63,772 nucleotides of DNA from Octopus bimaculoides (Eukaryota): assembly GCF_001194135.2 (NCBI RefSeq), contig NC_068986.1, forward strand, positions 88,497,013 through 88,560,784, written 5' to 3'. Of the stretch, positions 24,487 through 37,908 are shown piece by piece. Under the pieces are notes generated by a model that saw only the letters and a list, made by a program, of their open reading frames with translations, was not told the DNA's origin and ran no database searches. The translations under genes were made by a program, and so were the position numbers. Within the stretch, counting starts at the first letter, position 1. The number at the start of each line of letters is the position of its first letter.

Positions 24487-26039
24487 GGACAGATGCATGT
24501 ATGTATTGAACATCAATTGATTGTACCTTCGGGCTGAAATCCGTATATTAAGCTTACTAGTGCACACATGCACGAGAATGTTGCATATGAGTAACTTTAT
24601 ATGATTAATTAGATATCTGTAAGTGTGTCCAACGTAGACGTTACACAGGTCTGTTAAGATATTCCTTTTCAGATGTGTACTTAAGAATGCGTAAACGCAT
24701 ATCATATGTTTGCGCTTCATTTGTGTGAACGTTGCAGAGGACTGCCTTATTACCCAATTTGCAATTGGCATAGCTGAATAACAATTATCTAGTGTGATTG
24801 CTAAGCAGACACGGTGTTATTTCATTATTCTAATACAGTGGATTGATAGTTTTGAGTAGGGTATCTAATTATTATGCAGGATCTTTGTAGTTCTCGTCAC
24901 TGTGTTCAAAGTTTGATAATTTTCAGAATGTTCAGCCTATGAGAAAACTGTGCGTTCGCTGCCTCTTCTATCATCGGGAAAGAAATAACAGTCAAAACAT
25001 TAAAATATACACGTATGATGCTAACATTAAAACATTAGCGAGCAGCTTAAATATTTAAAAGCTACGAACGAACAAACAAACCAACTGGCGTTGCTAGAAA
25101 TAACAGTCAAAACATTGTTTTAAACAGACATATATTAGTTTCATAATTTAAGAACGAAAGTTTGCAATACACTCTAGGATTTTATAACATAAGCTACCTG
25201 GCCTCGTGCCGTCAAAAATAATAGCTAGTTATAGTATTTTGGATATAAATATGGATGGTAAATCAAATTAATAGACTTGTCAATGTTATCTAGTGGTTGG
25301 CTTTTGAGATGTAACATCGAACATCGTTCGTTACTGAAAGAACGGTTGAAACGGTGTTTGAGTTTTCTTTCTAGCGATGAATTTCACCATTCCACTTCCT
25401 TTGCACGCACACACACAAATTGTCATATACCTCCTCTTACATACACACACATATACTCAAACAGAGTTGAAACGCTCCCACTACCAGTTTGCCATCACCC
25501 CTTCCCTCGTTATTCACCTATTATCACCCCTTCTTTTCTCATTTATATGTTGTGACGGAGAAAAGCACAAGAGTATTATTATGGTAAAAGATTATTTTTC
25601 TCGTATCTCCTTCTCCTCCTTGTGCGCATGCACAGCATCTTTGGTTATTATGAAAACAGAGATTTTCGCCACGGTGATGTGTAAAATATTCGCTTCTAAT
25701 TGGCTAAAATGCACAAGTTTTGCAAATTGCAAAGGCTAATAACGTTTTAATAGTGGATTTATAGGGAAAATGAATTTCCTTTTCATAGTTAGTATACAAA
25801 ACTTAATCCATATACCAAATTTGAAAACAATTGGAACAAAATCGTATAGAGTGACGAAAACCACAAAGATCAATTTTGCAAATGGTGTGAGAATTTGTGT
25901 AGCTAGTGGAGGCAAAGATTTGGTAATTTACCATCATGTTTCTTTTCCATTGTTGATATGAGTATACAAATTAACAATATATGTCATGTAGCAAGTATGA
26001 CTATACATTCAGTTTATATCAAGTTATATTCACCTACGA

Positions 26040-26133
26040 ACACCGCTGCTGCTTGTGCTGCTGCTGCCACTACTACTACTGCTACTACTACTACTACTAC
26101 TATACTGCTTTTATACTACTACAATTACTACTG

Positions 26134-26181
<48 letters not shown>

Positions 26182-26330
26182 TATTGCTTTTATACTACTA
26201 CAATTACTACTGCTACTACTACTACTACTATACTGCTTTTATACTACTACAATTACTACTGCAACTACTACTACTACTACTGCTGCTGATGCTGTTGTTC
26301 CTGTTGCCGTTGTTACGAATTACTCACCAG
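26040..26330. repeat. (ACT)n array interrupted by a repeated TATACTGCTTTTATACTACTACAATT motif
   Basis: The interruption recurs three times (about 26101, 26180 and 26230), so the array has a higher-order unit. Confidence 0.85.
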
Positions 26331-26884
26331 CCATAGGTTGCAAGAGTACAAAACTGCGCAAATGAAGATCAAGTTTTTCTTTGAACAGGGATTTAGTACA
26401 AACTTTAGCAATTGAGTGGACTAGTCCACTAAAAGCATTCAAATGCCAGGTGTTGATGTTCAACCAGATGACGCATGGAGTCTAGCAGCTAAGGAGATAC
26501 ACATGTACAGCCCATACGACGACCTCGACACAGTGATCCCGCAAAATTTGACTCGTGAGGCGTATGATGAACCGTGACTACGATAGAATTCATCTGTCAA
26601 AATAACACGCCGATACCAACAACAATTCTGCCACAATAAAAACAACGAAAATTACTATTAATGTAACTGCCATTATTATAACCACCATCACTACCACTGA
26701 CACTATCACCATAACTACTAGTATAACTACTAATAGTAACACCACTAGAACTTCTACCGATAATACAACTATTGCAGTTGGTATTAATACCGCTAACCAC
26801 AATACAGCCACGACTATGACTAATACAACATTTCACGCTCATGCAACCCACGTCACCACAACTTAAGTTAAAGGCTGTTTCGTA

Positions 26885-27110
26885 CTTACGGGTTCATCAG
26901 GCCGGAGCTTGCTACATTTTGTCTATTGGGTTACCAGACTGAGAGTGCAAAGCTCCCTCCTGTACTGGAAGCCAGTCCATCGCAGTGTTAACAGTCAGCT
27001 ACCGCTGGTACTCATTTTCATCAACAAGGATTGAGGTAATAGGAATTAAAGTGCCTCAACAAAGGTAAAAAAGACCTCGCCAAATAGAGACACCGAACAC
27101 ACGACCATGA
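26885..27110 (-). mobile_element. Degenerate SINE with a Deu/Nin-like conserved domain
   Basis: CATCAGGCCGGAGCTT...CAGACTGAGAGT...CCAGTCCATCGCAG..GCTGGTACTCATTT...AAAGTGCCT resembles, from memory, the antisense of Deu/Nin-domain SINEs. Confidence 0.45.
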
Positions 27111-27381
27111 GTCAAACAATCGTTTATGTGTCTAACATGGTAACCACTCGGCTACGCTCCATCATCTTCACAACGGCATACGGACACGTCCAAACACGAA
27201 GAACAGCAACAGCTGAAACAGCATTAACATCAGTAACTATACCAAACAACATCACAGACACACATTTCAAAGCTACACACAACCAATAACGGGTCTGCTT
27301 AGTTGCACAACTACAATTTGCTGTAATACAGCAACTTCAAATTACTTTTGATGCGTCCAATCCGCTCAGCTCCGTATTAAC

Positions 27382-27820
27382 ATTATTCTTTTCTACTCTA
27401 AGCACAAGGCCTGAAATTTTGGGGAAGGGGACCAGTTGATAAGATCATCTCTAGTACGTAACTGGTACTTAATATATTTTATTGACCCCGAAAAGTGAAA
27501 AACAAAGTTGACCTCGGCAGAATTTGAAATCAGAACGTAAAGACAGACGAAATACTGCTACGCATTTCGCCCGGTGTGCTAACGTTTCTTATTTCTTTAT
27601 TGCCCACAAGGGGCCAAACACACAGAGGAGACAAACAAGGACAGACAAAGGGATTAAATCGATTACATCGACACCAGTGCGTAACTGGTACTTAATTTAT
27701 CGACCCCGAAAAGATGAAAGGCAAAGTTGACCTCAACGGAATTTCAACACAAAGCATAAAGACAGACGAAATACCGCTAAGCATTTCGCCTGGCGTGCTA
27801 ACGTTTCTGCTAGCTCGCCT
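27382..27820 (-). mobile_element. Dimeric SINE family A element (second copy)
   Basis: Reverse complement of 12179-12610, including the same junction sequence. Confidence 0.85.
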
Positions 27821-28020
27821 ACCAATAATGGTACTAACCATTATAGCCAGGACCTTCCTTTCCCGAACACCAGAACCTTGACCTCCAGAATCTTTTCCTT
27901 GCTTAGCGGTTTAAACGAAACATTGCTGGAACTGAGCTTATCGGTCTCTAAGGGCCTGCAACGGTTCTGAGTAATACCGTTTTACCTGATTCAAGAAATA
28001 TATATATATATATAACGTGA

Positions 28021-28220
28021 GAGAGTTAGGGGTTGGGGGTTCAACCCACTAAGGGATAGTATCTATCCAGTATACTGCTGGGAGGGTACCCAATTATTGC
28101 TACACTAGTGCTATACTAGGTGCAATCAATGGGAGCGGGTAAAAGTGGAGGTTTTACCCAAAATTTGTATAACAATTAGAAAATGGAGGATAATATGCTG
28201 AACCCAACTACTTGCAGACG
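28021..28220 (+). repeat. Unclassified dispersed repeat (copy 1)
   Basis: About 200 bp matching the reverse complement of 62710-62910. Both copies abut a (TA)n tract at the same end. Confidence 0.8.
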
Positions 28221-29272
28221 GTGTATCCCGTTGAATTCATAAATTTAATTCATAGCAAAAGTGACAAAAAAAGAAAGAAAGAAAGAAAAAGAAAGAAAGA
28301 ACCAAAGCACAGGTGTCTATGGCAGACTATGTTATTTTGCCAACCTGNNNNNNNNNNNNNNNNNNNNNNNNNNNNNNNNNNNNNNNNNNNNNNNNNNNNN
28401 NNNNNNNNNNNNNNNNNNNNNNNNNNNNNNNNNNNNNNNNNNNNNNNNNNNNNNNNNNNNNNNNNNNNNNNNNNNNNNNNNNNNNNNNNNNNNNNNNNNN
28501 NNNNNNNNNNNNNNNNNNNNNNNNNNNNNNNNNNNNNNNNNNNNNNNNNNNNNNNNNNNNNNNNNNNNNNNNNNNNNNNNNNNNNNNNNNNNNNNNNNNN
28601 NNNNNNNNNNNNNNNNNNNNNNNNNNNNNNNNNNNNNNNNNNNNNNNNNNNNNNNNNNNNNNNNNNNNNNNNNNNNNNNNNNNNNNNNNNNNNNNNNNNN
28701 NNNNNNNNNNNNNNNNNNNNNNNNNNNNNNNNNNNNNNNNNNNNNNNNNNNNNNNNNNNNNNNNNNNNNNNNNNNNNNNNNNNNNNNNNNNNNNNNNNNN
28801 NNNNNNNNNNNNNNNNNNNNNNNNNNNNNNNNNNNNNNNNNNNNNNNNNNNNNNNNNNNNNNNNNNNNNNNNNNNNNNNNNNNNNNNNNNNNNNNNNNNN
28901 NNNNNNNNNNNNNNNNNNNNNNNNNNNNNNNNNNNNNNNNNNNNNNNNNNNNNNNNNNNNNNNNNNNNNNNNNNNNNNNNNNNNNNNNNNNNNNNNNNNN
29001 NNNNNNNNNNNNNNNNNNNNNNNNNNNNNNATTATGCACTCCTTGGTATTAATATATCTGGCAAAGAAGGCCTAACGATTCTAATTTGGATTTCTTTGCA
29101 CATAGATCTATTCAGTTTGCATTACCAAAGGACCAAAAACAACAATAATAACAGCAACAACAGCAACAACTCCATTGCCTTATTACACCCATTACACACA
29201 TCACCCAATGCTGTTATCACAATGTCAGTTTTTCTATAGAAACCTAAACCAACACCCACTCATTCATGTATT

Positions 29273-29319
<47 letters not shown>

Positions 29320-29909
29320 ATGTGTGTGTGTTCTGTCACATCTCATCTCCATAAACATATTGAAATAGCAACGCCCGAAATCACCTAAAACCATATCAGT
29401 ATGTGAAATATATGACTGGAGAATGAAATGAATGAGTGGGTGTTATGTATGTATATATATATATATATATAATATATATGTATATATATANNNNNNNNNN
29501 CAACGCCCGAAATCACCTAAAACCATATCAGTATGTGAAATATATGACTGGAGAATGAAATGAATGAGTGGGTGTTATGTATGTATATACATATGTACGT
29601 ATTTGTGTATGTATTATGCATGTATGCGTTTATGCTTGTACAAAAATCTTATATACATATATTCACCATACGTCAAACGTTATATACACAAAAAACAACC
29701 ACATCTATATAATCTTCAGACATAGACGAAAAAAACGAGAGAAATATGCAAAAAATTAAATAACCATAAACGAAAATAAAATAAAAAAAGCAGAGATAAA
29801 GGGATCAAATTAACATAATAAGAAAGATAAAACAACAAAAGGTTGCGTATATTCGTGTATTTGCAACTGTATGCGTGTGTGTGTGTATGTTTGTGCGTGC
29901 GTGTGTGTT

Positions 29910-29940
<31 letters not shown>

Positions 29941-29951
29941 GNNNNNNNNNN

Positions 29952-29997
<46 letters not shown>

Positions 29998-30292
29998 TCC
30001 ACATTTTTGTATATGTATAAGTATGTATGAATGAACCCCAGATAATTAAAGTAAATATAAGATAAACATGTGATACGATCGAGTTACTGAAGGTAAAGAA
30101 AAGACAATATTGGCATTGATATCACATAGTGAGTTTTAAAAAAAGCAAAACTAAAGATTGCATTGCCAAAATAGCTATAATAATAATAATTTCTTTGGCA
30201 CAAGGTCAGAGCAACTGTTTTTTTTTCTTGTTTTTTTTTGTCTTTTTGCGGTTGGATTGGAAATTTTCCTGCTTATTATTATGTCTGGCTGC

Positions 30293-30490
30293 TAAGGTGG
30301 CAAGCAGGCAGAATCTTTAGTACACCGGGCGGTATTTCATTCGTCTGTACGTTCTGAGTTCAAATCCCGCCAATGGCTACTTAGCCTTTCATCCTTTCGG
30401 GGTCGACAAAATAATCACTGTGGTTGGTGTAATCGACTAACCCCCACCCACAACTTCAGGCCACGTGCCTATAGTAGAAAGGATTATTGT
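30293..30490 (+). mobile_element. SINE family A, diverged
   Basis: GTTCTGAGTTCAAATCCCGCC...CTTTCATCCTTTCGGGGTCGAC...AGAAAGGATTATT. Confidence 0.8.
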
Positions 30491-30501
30491 GCATGGTAGT
30501 T

Positions 30502-30715
30502 AAAGCAGCGAACTGGTAGAATCGTTAGCACACCGGTCAAAATGCCAGACGGTATTTCGTCCGTCTTTACGTTCTGCGTTAAAATTCCGATTTTGCTTTT
30601 CATCCTTTCGGAATCAATAAGTGAAGTACCCATTTAGCACTGGTGTCAATGCATTCGTCTCATTGCCCCCACCTTTCAAAAATTACTGCCTTTGTAACAA
30701 AGTTTGTAACTATTA
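30502..30715 (+). mobile_element. SINE family A, diverged, tandem with the previous copy
   Basis: Same motifs, directly downstream of 30293-30490. Confidence 0.7.
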
Positions 30716-31699
30716 TTATGTCTTGTTATCTATCTCCTTTACACGGTGAACGTTGCTAACGGCAGCGAGATTCCGATCATAAGGTTATTTAACTGAAAAC
30801 CTTAAAGAATTAATTCCTCATTGAGGGGATTGACAGGTTCGTTGGAACCACGAATTTAGAATACCATACGGTGTATGAACATACTATGAAGCATTGTTCT
30901 TGACGGAAAAAATGAAGTCGGATACCTTTTGAACGCAACTTGTATATTACGGCTTTCCGAATTCTGATTTCAAATCCCACCGAAATCAGGCCTACGATAT
31001 AGATCGCATTATGTATTGTATGATCGTCTTAGACAATTATGCTGTCCCTTCAAACTGCTGTTTCTCCTACTCCAGCATTGGCCTCTACCATGCATCCTTG
31101 AAAGCCCACCTGGCAAGTTCTGCAATTCTCCTGTTCATATGCATAATGTTATATAAACTGAGCATCAAATCATATTAATCCCAGAAGTCTTAGTAGGCCA
31201 GTGAAGTCCATTAGACGATATTACCATCCTCCAATCTAAACGCTTAAAATGGGCAAATATTGCAGAAATACAACATACAAATATAATTCTAAGTACATGG
31301 AATCACAGAAATCACAGGCCTTTAAAAACACGTCATCCTAAAACACAAAGAATTAGTCGTTATGAAAAGCTTTCATGAATATTTGACATAAAAAGCAACA
31401 TAAATCTATTATACCACGATAAAGATTTTACCATTAAGTGCTAGTATGGCGTAATATTTTAAAAGAGTATGGACATTCAAGAGACCAACATGAACAAGAT
31501 TGTTTAAAATAATAAATGGAGCATCAGATCAATCATTGGGAGATAGGAAAGGGGCTTATCTAAACAAATTTTTATGGGATATCTACTGGAGATTTCACAT
31601 ATTAAATATTAAAGTGCAACTAAATAACGCCAAAAGATGTTCCCTCTACTCAAGGAAGCCACCATATATATGTGAGCAGGTGTGCGTGTCTGCATCTGC

Positions 31700-31737
<38 letters not shown>

Positions 31738-31742
31738 ATGCG

Positions 31743-31862
31743 TGGAGGCGCGTGGCTTAGTGGTTAAGGTGTTAAACTCGTGATCGTAAGATTGCGGTTT
31801 CGATTCCTGGGACAGGTGTTGTGTTTTTAAGCGAAACACTTCTTTCCTGTTACTCTAGTCCA
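31743..31862 (+). mobile_element. tRNA-derived SINE head fragment
   Basis: TGGAGGCGCGTGGCTTAGTGGTTAAGGTG...GCGGTTTCGATTCCTGG (A-box and B-box-like motifs). Confidence 0.65.
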
Positions 31863-32326
31863 CGGTCAAAAAACGTTTTTTACTCTCGCTAGACCACTGG
31901 TGGTAAATAAAATTTCTAAAATTTTTTTTGCTACCCTATAATTTATTAATAATGATAAAATTTTGTTTGGCTAATTTCTGAAAGAAAATCGGCATTTTTG
32001 TATTTGCTGCCGATTAGGTAAACCGCAAATACGCGGTAAATTTGAAAAATTAGACATAGAAACACGAACCATGCTCCCTATTGACTCGTGCTTCATATGT
32101 TGTCTGGTCATTTCTGCTGATGATAGTCCGACCTTTGTAAGATATTATAATTTTTATCTTACTAAAATTGACTTGAAACCATGGTACAGAATATAGATTG
32201 GTAAATGTTTTTATTTTTCATTCCCTTTCGAAATTATCCCTAATTTTGTGGTATGTAGTTTTTTGCTGCTCTTTCTAGCGGGTTAGATGTTCTATTATAG
32301 GCATCTCTGCATTTTAAATGAATAAT

Positions 32327-32376
<50 letters not shown>

Positions 32377-33061
32377 CATGAGTTAAAAACATAAGAAATG
32401 CGCAAACAAACGAGTAACAGACATAGATGCTCGCCAAATCCTCATCAGTAATCAGCCAGTTGGGCAATCACAATTTCGCGCCTAACCGATAATATTGCAT
32501 CCCACACTTGTGAGGCCGACGGCAAACGCCGCGGGGAATTAGCGTGCCAGATAAACAAGAAGCAAGATGAAATATGTACCAACAGACAAGAATGCGATAC
32601 AGACAATTAACATACAAATGGAGGATAACTATAATCCAAATGTACGAGGAGCAGAGCAGGAAATAAACAGGACTGTGGGCATACAAACGAACTGATATAA
32701 ACAAATGAACAAAGTAAGGCCCTAACGCCAGACAGGAGACGGGAAAATAGTCAAACGCTGGTAGAATATCCTGAAAAATCTAACAGAGAGGCAGCGAAAT
32801 CTGAATAGAGCGGGAGACGAGAAAATGTGACCGCTTGGTATGTCAGGTGGTCGTTAAAAGAAAGAGATAAGACAATGACCACAGGTCACATATCAGTTGT
32901 AGGAATGGGAACAAAAATGCCAGAGAGCAGAGAGAAACAGAGAGGGAAGGGAAAAGAGCGTGACTGACAGCAGTATAGAAGGAAGGGGATAAAGAGAGAG
33001 ACAAGACCGTGTCCGATATCAGGATAGGATGAAAGGGGGAGGAGAGAGAGAGAGAGAGAGA

Positions 33062-33126
<65 letters not shown>

Positions 33127-33228
33127 TGAGAGAGGAAGAGAAAGGGGGAAGGAGTCATGCAGAAACACACACACACATACACGCACACTCACACACACAA
33201 ACACAAGCACATACACAAACACACACAA

Positions 33229-33280
<52 letters not shown>

Positions 33281-33851
33281 NNNNNNNNNNNNNNNNNNNN
33301 NNNNNNNNNNNNNNNNNNNNNNNNNNNNNNNNNNNNNNNNNNNNNNNNNNNNNNNNNNNNNNNNNNNNNNNNNNNNNNNNNNNNNNNNNNNNNNNNNNNN
33401 NNNNNNNNNNNNNNNNNNNNNNNNNNNNNNNNNNNNNNNNNNNNNNNNNNNNNNNNNNNNNNNNNNNNNNNNNNNNNNNNNNNNNNNNNNNNNNNNNNNN
33501 NNNNNNNNNNNNNNNNNNNNNNNNNNNNNNNNNNNNNNNNNNNNNNNNNNNNNNNNNNNNNNNNNNNNNNNNNNNNNNNNNNNNNNNNNNNNNNNNNNNN
33601 NNNNNNNNNNNNNNNNNNNNNNNNNNNNNNNNNNNNNNNNNNNNNNNNNNNNNNNNNNNNNNNNNNNNNNNNNNNNNNNNNNNNNNNNNNNNNNNNNNNN
33701 NNNNNNNNNNNNNNNNNNNNNNNNNNNNNNNNNNNNNNNNNNNNNNNNNNNNNNNNNNNNNNNNNNNNNNNNNNNNNNNNNNNNNNNNNNNNNNNNNNNN
33801 NNNNNNNNNNNNNNNNNNNNNNNATATATATATATATATACACATACATAT

Positions 33852-34222
33852 AGGCGCATGAGTAGCTGTGTGGTAAGAGGCTTGCTTTCCAATCACATGG
33901 ATTCGAGTTCAGTTCCACTGCGTGACACTTTGGGCAGGTGTCTTCCACTACAGTCTTGGACCGACCAAAGCCTTGTGAGTAGATTTGGTAGACGGAAACT
34001 TAAAGAAGCCCGTCGTATATATATACGTTTGTGTGTCTCTGTTCCCCACCACCACCACCACTAGCACCACCATCAATTAGCAACCGATGTTGGTGTGTTT
34101 ATACCCCCAATAGAATAAGTATTAGGCTTAGAAAAAATAAGTCCTGAGGTCGATTTGTTCGACTAAAGACGTTGCTCTAGCATGACCGCAGTTAAATGAC
34201 TCAAACAAGTAAAAGAATAAAA
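33852..34222 (+). mobile_element. SINE family C, full-length
   Basis: AGGCGCATGAGTAGCTGTGTGGTAAG head through CAAACAAGTAAAAGAATAAAA tail. Confidence 0.9.
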
Positions 34223-35092
34223 AGATATGTGTGTGTTTGTGTGTGTGTGTGATTATGAGAAATACCTAGGTAGATATTGGGGATTGTTTATTGGCAAGTT
34301 AGAAGGCAATAGCAGAGCGTTGTTTCAACCTACGGGCGACTGGGTAATGGGTGCAGCACGCTTCCCCTGCACCACACTACTGACATGCTTTGTAACTATT
34401 TAAACCGAGTAATCAAAAATGGCGTTGTTAAATCACTATAGCAGGGGACTTTGTCTGAAATTCAAATGTGTCTTACACTCCACCGAAACAGTGCACATTG
34501 CATAACACAACCCTGCATGTTTATACGATGGCACGTTTATAGGCACATTTATTCGATGAAATTGGTGCTATAATTTTCCTATGACGTCAATTGATGCAGG
34601 AACTTACAAGTATTTTTGATGTTTCTTCTAATAATATAGACCCCATGTTGAGCTGTGTTTCCCTGCACAGACTGAACACAGTAAACAGGGGCTCGTAAAA
34701 TAAATGTATCCTTTCCCAAGTAACTGACAGTTTGGCGCGTATATGTAAACGTGTATTTGCGTGTGTCGCTATTGATCCTAATTTTTATGTGTTATAGTGT
34801 TTGATGTGTGATGACACAATGCAGAAGATGTTAAACGGATGGATATTTTGAAAACTAATAGAAAAACGATAAAATAATGAACATTGAAAGGTTTAAGTTG
34901 TTGGTTAATAATGGGAAATCAGTGGGGTCTTTTTATACACACATAGAGATAGTTATAAATTTATAACTTACATTCGTTAATGTGCGCGCGCTAAAGTGTG
35001 TATATGCATGTATGTGCATAGATAGATAAATAGATTTGAGCATATGTTTATATATATTATGTATATTAAATATTTATATGATATACATTCAT

Positions 35093-35130
<38 letters not shown>

Positions 35131-35151
35131 ACATACACACACACACATATA

Positions 35152-36212
35152 TATTGGGTTGGCATATAGAGTTAAGATCTTTTTTAATGACTTTTGTCAA
35201 TGTTATGATTTTTGACTTTTGACATTTGACAGCCGTTACTTTTAGCTTACTTTAGAAGCAAATTGCCCGTAATTTTGTTTACAGCTGTTAGTTCAGTGTC
35301 AATTTTAAAATGGAGTGCAAGAACGAACATTTTTGCAATATATTTTTTCCCCCATAAAGGCAAGAAAGCTGCTGAGGCTCATAAAGAAATATGTGAAGTT
35401 TATGGTGTTGATTGCTAAACAGAACGTTCATGTCAGGAATGGTTTAAAAAATTCCGTTCTGGAAATGTTTCACTCAAAGATGACCAACGTTCTCGTCGAC
35501 CTACTGAAGTTGATCATGACCTAATCAAAGCCATAATTGAATCTGATTGTCATATAGCTGTGCGAGAGATTGCAGAGAGGATATATGTACTACACACAAC
35601 AATTGAAAATCATTTAAAATGGCTTGGGATCGTTAAGAAGCCCGATATTTGGCTTCCACATAAATTGAAAGAGATTCACTTAACACAAAGAATCAATATT
35701 TGCGATATGCATCTCAAATGCAATGAAATCGACCTTTTTTCTAAACGAATCGCACTGGCGATGAAAAATGGATTGTCTACAATAATATCAATCGAAAATT
35801 ATCATGGTCCAAGCGTAATGAACCAGCACAAACCACATCGAAAGTTGAATTGCATTTAAAAAAGGCGTTGTGTATTTTGAGCTTCTTCCAAGGAACCAAA
35901 CGATCAATGCAGATGTTTGCTGTCAAAAACTAATGAAACTGGAGGAAGCAATCAAAGAAAAACGGCCAGAATTGGCAAATCTTAAAGGAATCGTGTTTCA
36001 CCATAACAACACTAGATCACACACGTCTTTGTTAACTCGTGAAAAATTACTGGAGCATGGTTGGGAAGTGATGTCACATACACCGTATAGTCCTGACCTT
36101 GCAACATTAGGTCACCATTTAATCCGATGTTTGCAAATTTCTTTGAATGGAAAAAAAATGACTTTTATTTCACACTAAAAAACCGAAATTACTTTCTTGG
36201 CAACCCAGTATA
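35152..36212 (+). mobile_element. Dead mariner transposon, near full-length with internal deletions
   Basis: Imperfect TIRs TA-TTGGGTTGGCA.. and ..TTGGCAACCCAG-TA. Frameshifted transposase starts at ATG 35310 (MECKNEHF...KAAEAHKEICEVYG), then WLPHKL, TGDEKW (35754), HHNNTRSH, YSPDLATLGHHL. The second and third catalytic Asp of DD34D are lost. Confidence 0.92.
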
Positions 36213-37214
36213 TCTATCGATCGAATCTGGAATTAATTAGTGTGGTGGGATTCTTGAATCTCAAAGGAATATGCATTCTTTCAGCTAAGCATTACTTGCA
36301 ATTATTTGATCTGTTTATATGTGACGTAGATTTCTCCACGATTCTCCACCTGATTGTAGGTGGTGTGCATTTGGTCTTAAGATAACCGTACGTAGCTAAT
36401 CAACTTAGTAGCTCTGCTTTTATCCATGTATAGGAAATATGACAGGTGGTTTGCATAACGGCTTTAAAAATTGCTTTCACGTAAACCGACGTATTGTTTT
36501 CTTTTCGATTACGTTATTTTGAAAGACTGCTTAAACTTCAGTTTCGCTTTATAAACAAATGTGTTTATCAAATACGACTGGTCAAGCTCCAAGATTTAAA
36601 CAGTTACAGTTGGGAGTGAGCTCTTAGTGTGATTCATGAGTGATAATGTCCATCATATTGGGGCAACAGCTGTATAAAATTTTATCGACTGTCTGCCAGT
36701 CTATTGTATTTTCACCGCATGAAACTATTAGCCGCTCTTTTTTTTTAACTTGTATTTATTAACTGATATATCTTTGTATGTATATATATGTGTGTGTGTG
36801 AGCATTGAAACGTCTACACATACATACATACATACATACATACATACATACATGCATACATATATACATACATATAGTGCTTCTAAGCTTGGGACGTCAC
36901 TCTCGTTTGTGTCATAGCAATGTATTTGAGACATGCTCAGCCTCAGTCATATCTATTTGACACAGCATTGTGACTGAGCTCGGGATTCAGTTATGATATT
37001 TTCTCTGTCCTAGTGTAACCATCTATACTTTTCCCGCCTCTTCCATTTTCATTCACTAGACTCCTTCTAGGCCGGTCTTTGCAAGACCACTACATGGGTT
37101 AATATGGTTTTCCTAACTACATTTAGTTTTGTTCATTTTCTTGACATATTTCATGTGTGTGATGTAGCGTGCGTCTGTACGTCTGTTTGGGTTTAACTAT
37201 ATGTGAGCTTGCGT

Positions 37215-37259
<45 letters not shown>

Positions 37260-37848
37260 GTTATACATGGCAGGATAGTTTCAGTTATCTTCGTAATCAT
37301 GATACTATGAGGCAACGGGTTCGGGCCATCGAGAGCAAGTGTCTTTTGCCGTGTACTAGAGTCTAACCAAGCCTTGTCGATGAAATCGATAATTGGAAAC
37401 TCTTTGACCGCCCCTGTGTATGGTCTGTACTAAGAAAGCATTCAAGATAGAAGTGTCAATGAAATATTCATTGAATAGTCCACCGAGGAGTCAGTTTAAT
37501 TGATCCCCACAAACGCAATAATAATATCTGAAATCAATACAGATCCATTTTCTTTCCTTACTTTTAAGTATGAAACGGAATTTGCATTGGAGTGGTTACA
37601 CATATGCATTTATGAATGTATTTTAAAAACCCTATAATCTAACGTGATAAACAACCTCGGTAAAACACTTATATACAAAAATATATAGTGAAAATACGCA
37701 CATAAATGCACAGTACACATAAACACAAATATCCGTACATATATATTTGTATGAATGTTTACAAATTTTAAGTAACAAATACATACATACTCACACGTAT
37801 GCGTACATATATATGTAAACATATATATATATGTGTGTGTACATACAT

Positions 37849-37908
<60 letters not shown>

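Noticed and set aside
27845-27990. Minus-strand GKTVLLRTVAG, resembling sequence after a Walker A motif
   Set aside because: A stop follows two codons later and there is no further ABC or P-loop context.
29369-29588. Exact ~88-bp tandem duplication
   Set aside because: The copies flank a 10-N gap (29491-29500), typical of unmerged contig overlap. Similar cases at about 13080-13235, 29920-29995 and 40490-40730.
35315-36178. Three separate genes (ORFs 35315, 35560 and 35870)
   Set aside because: They are frameshifted pieces of one dead mariner transposase.
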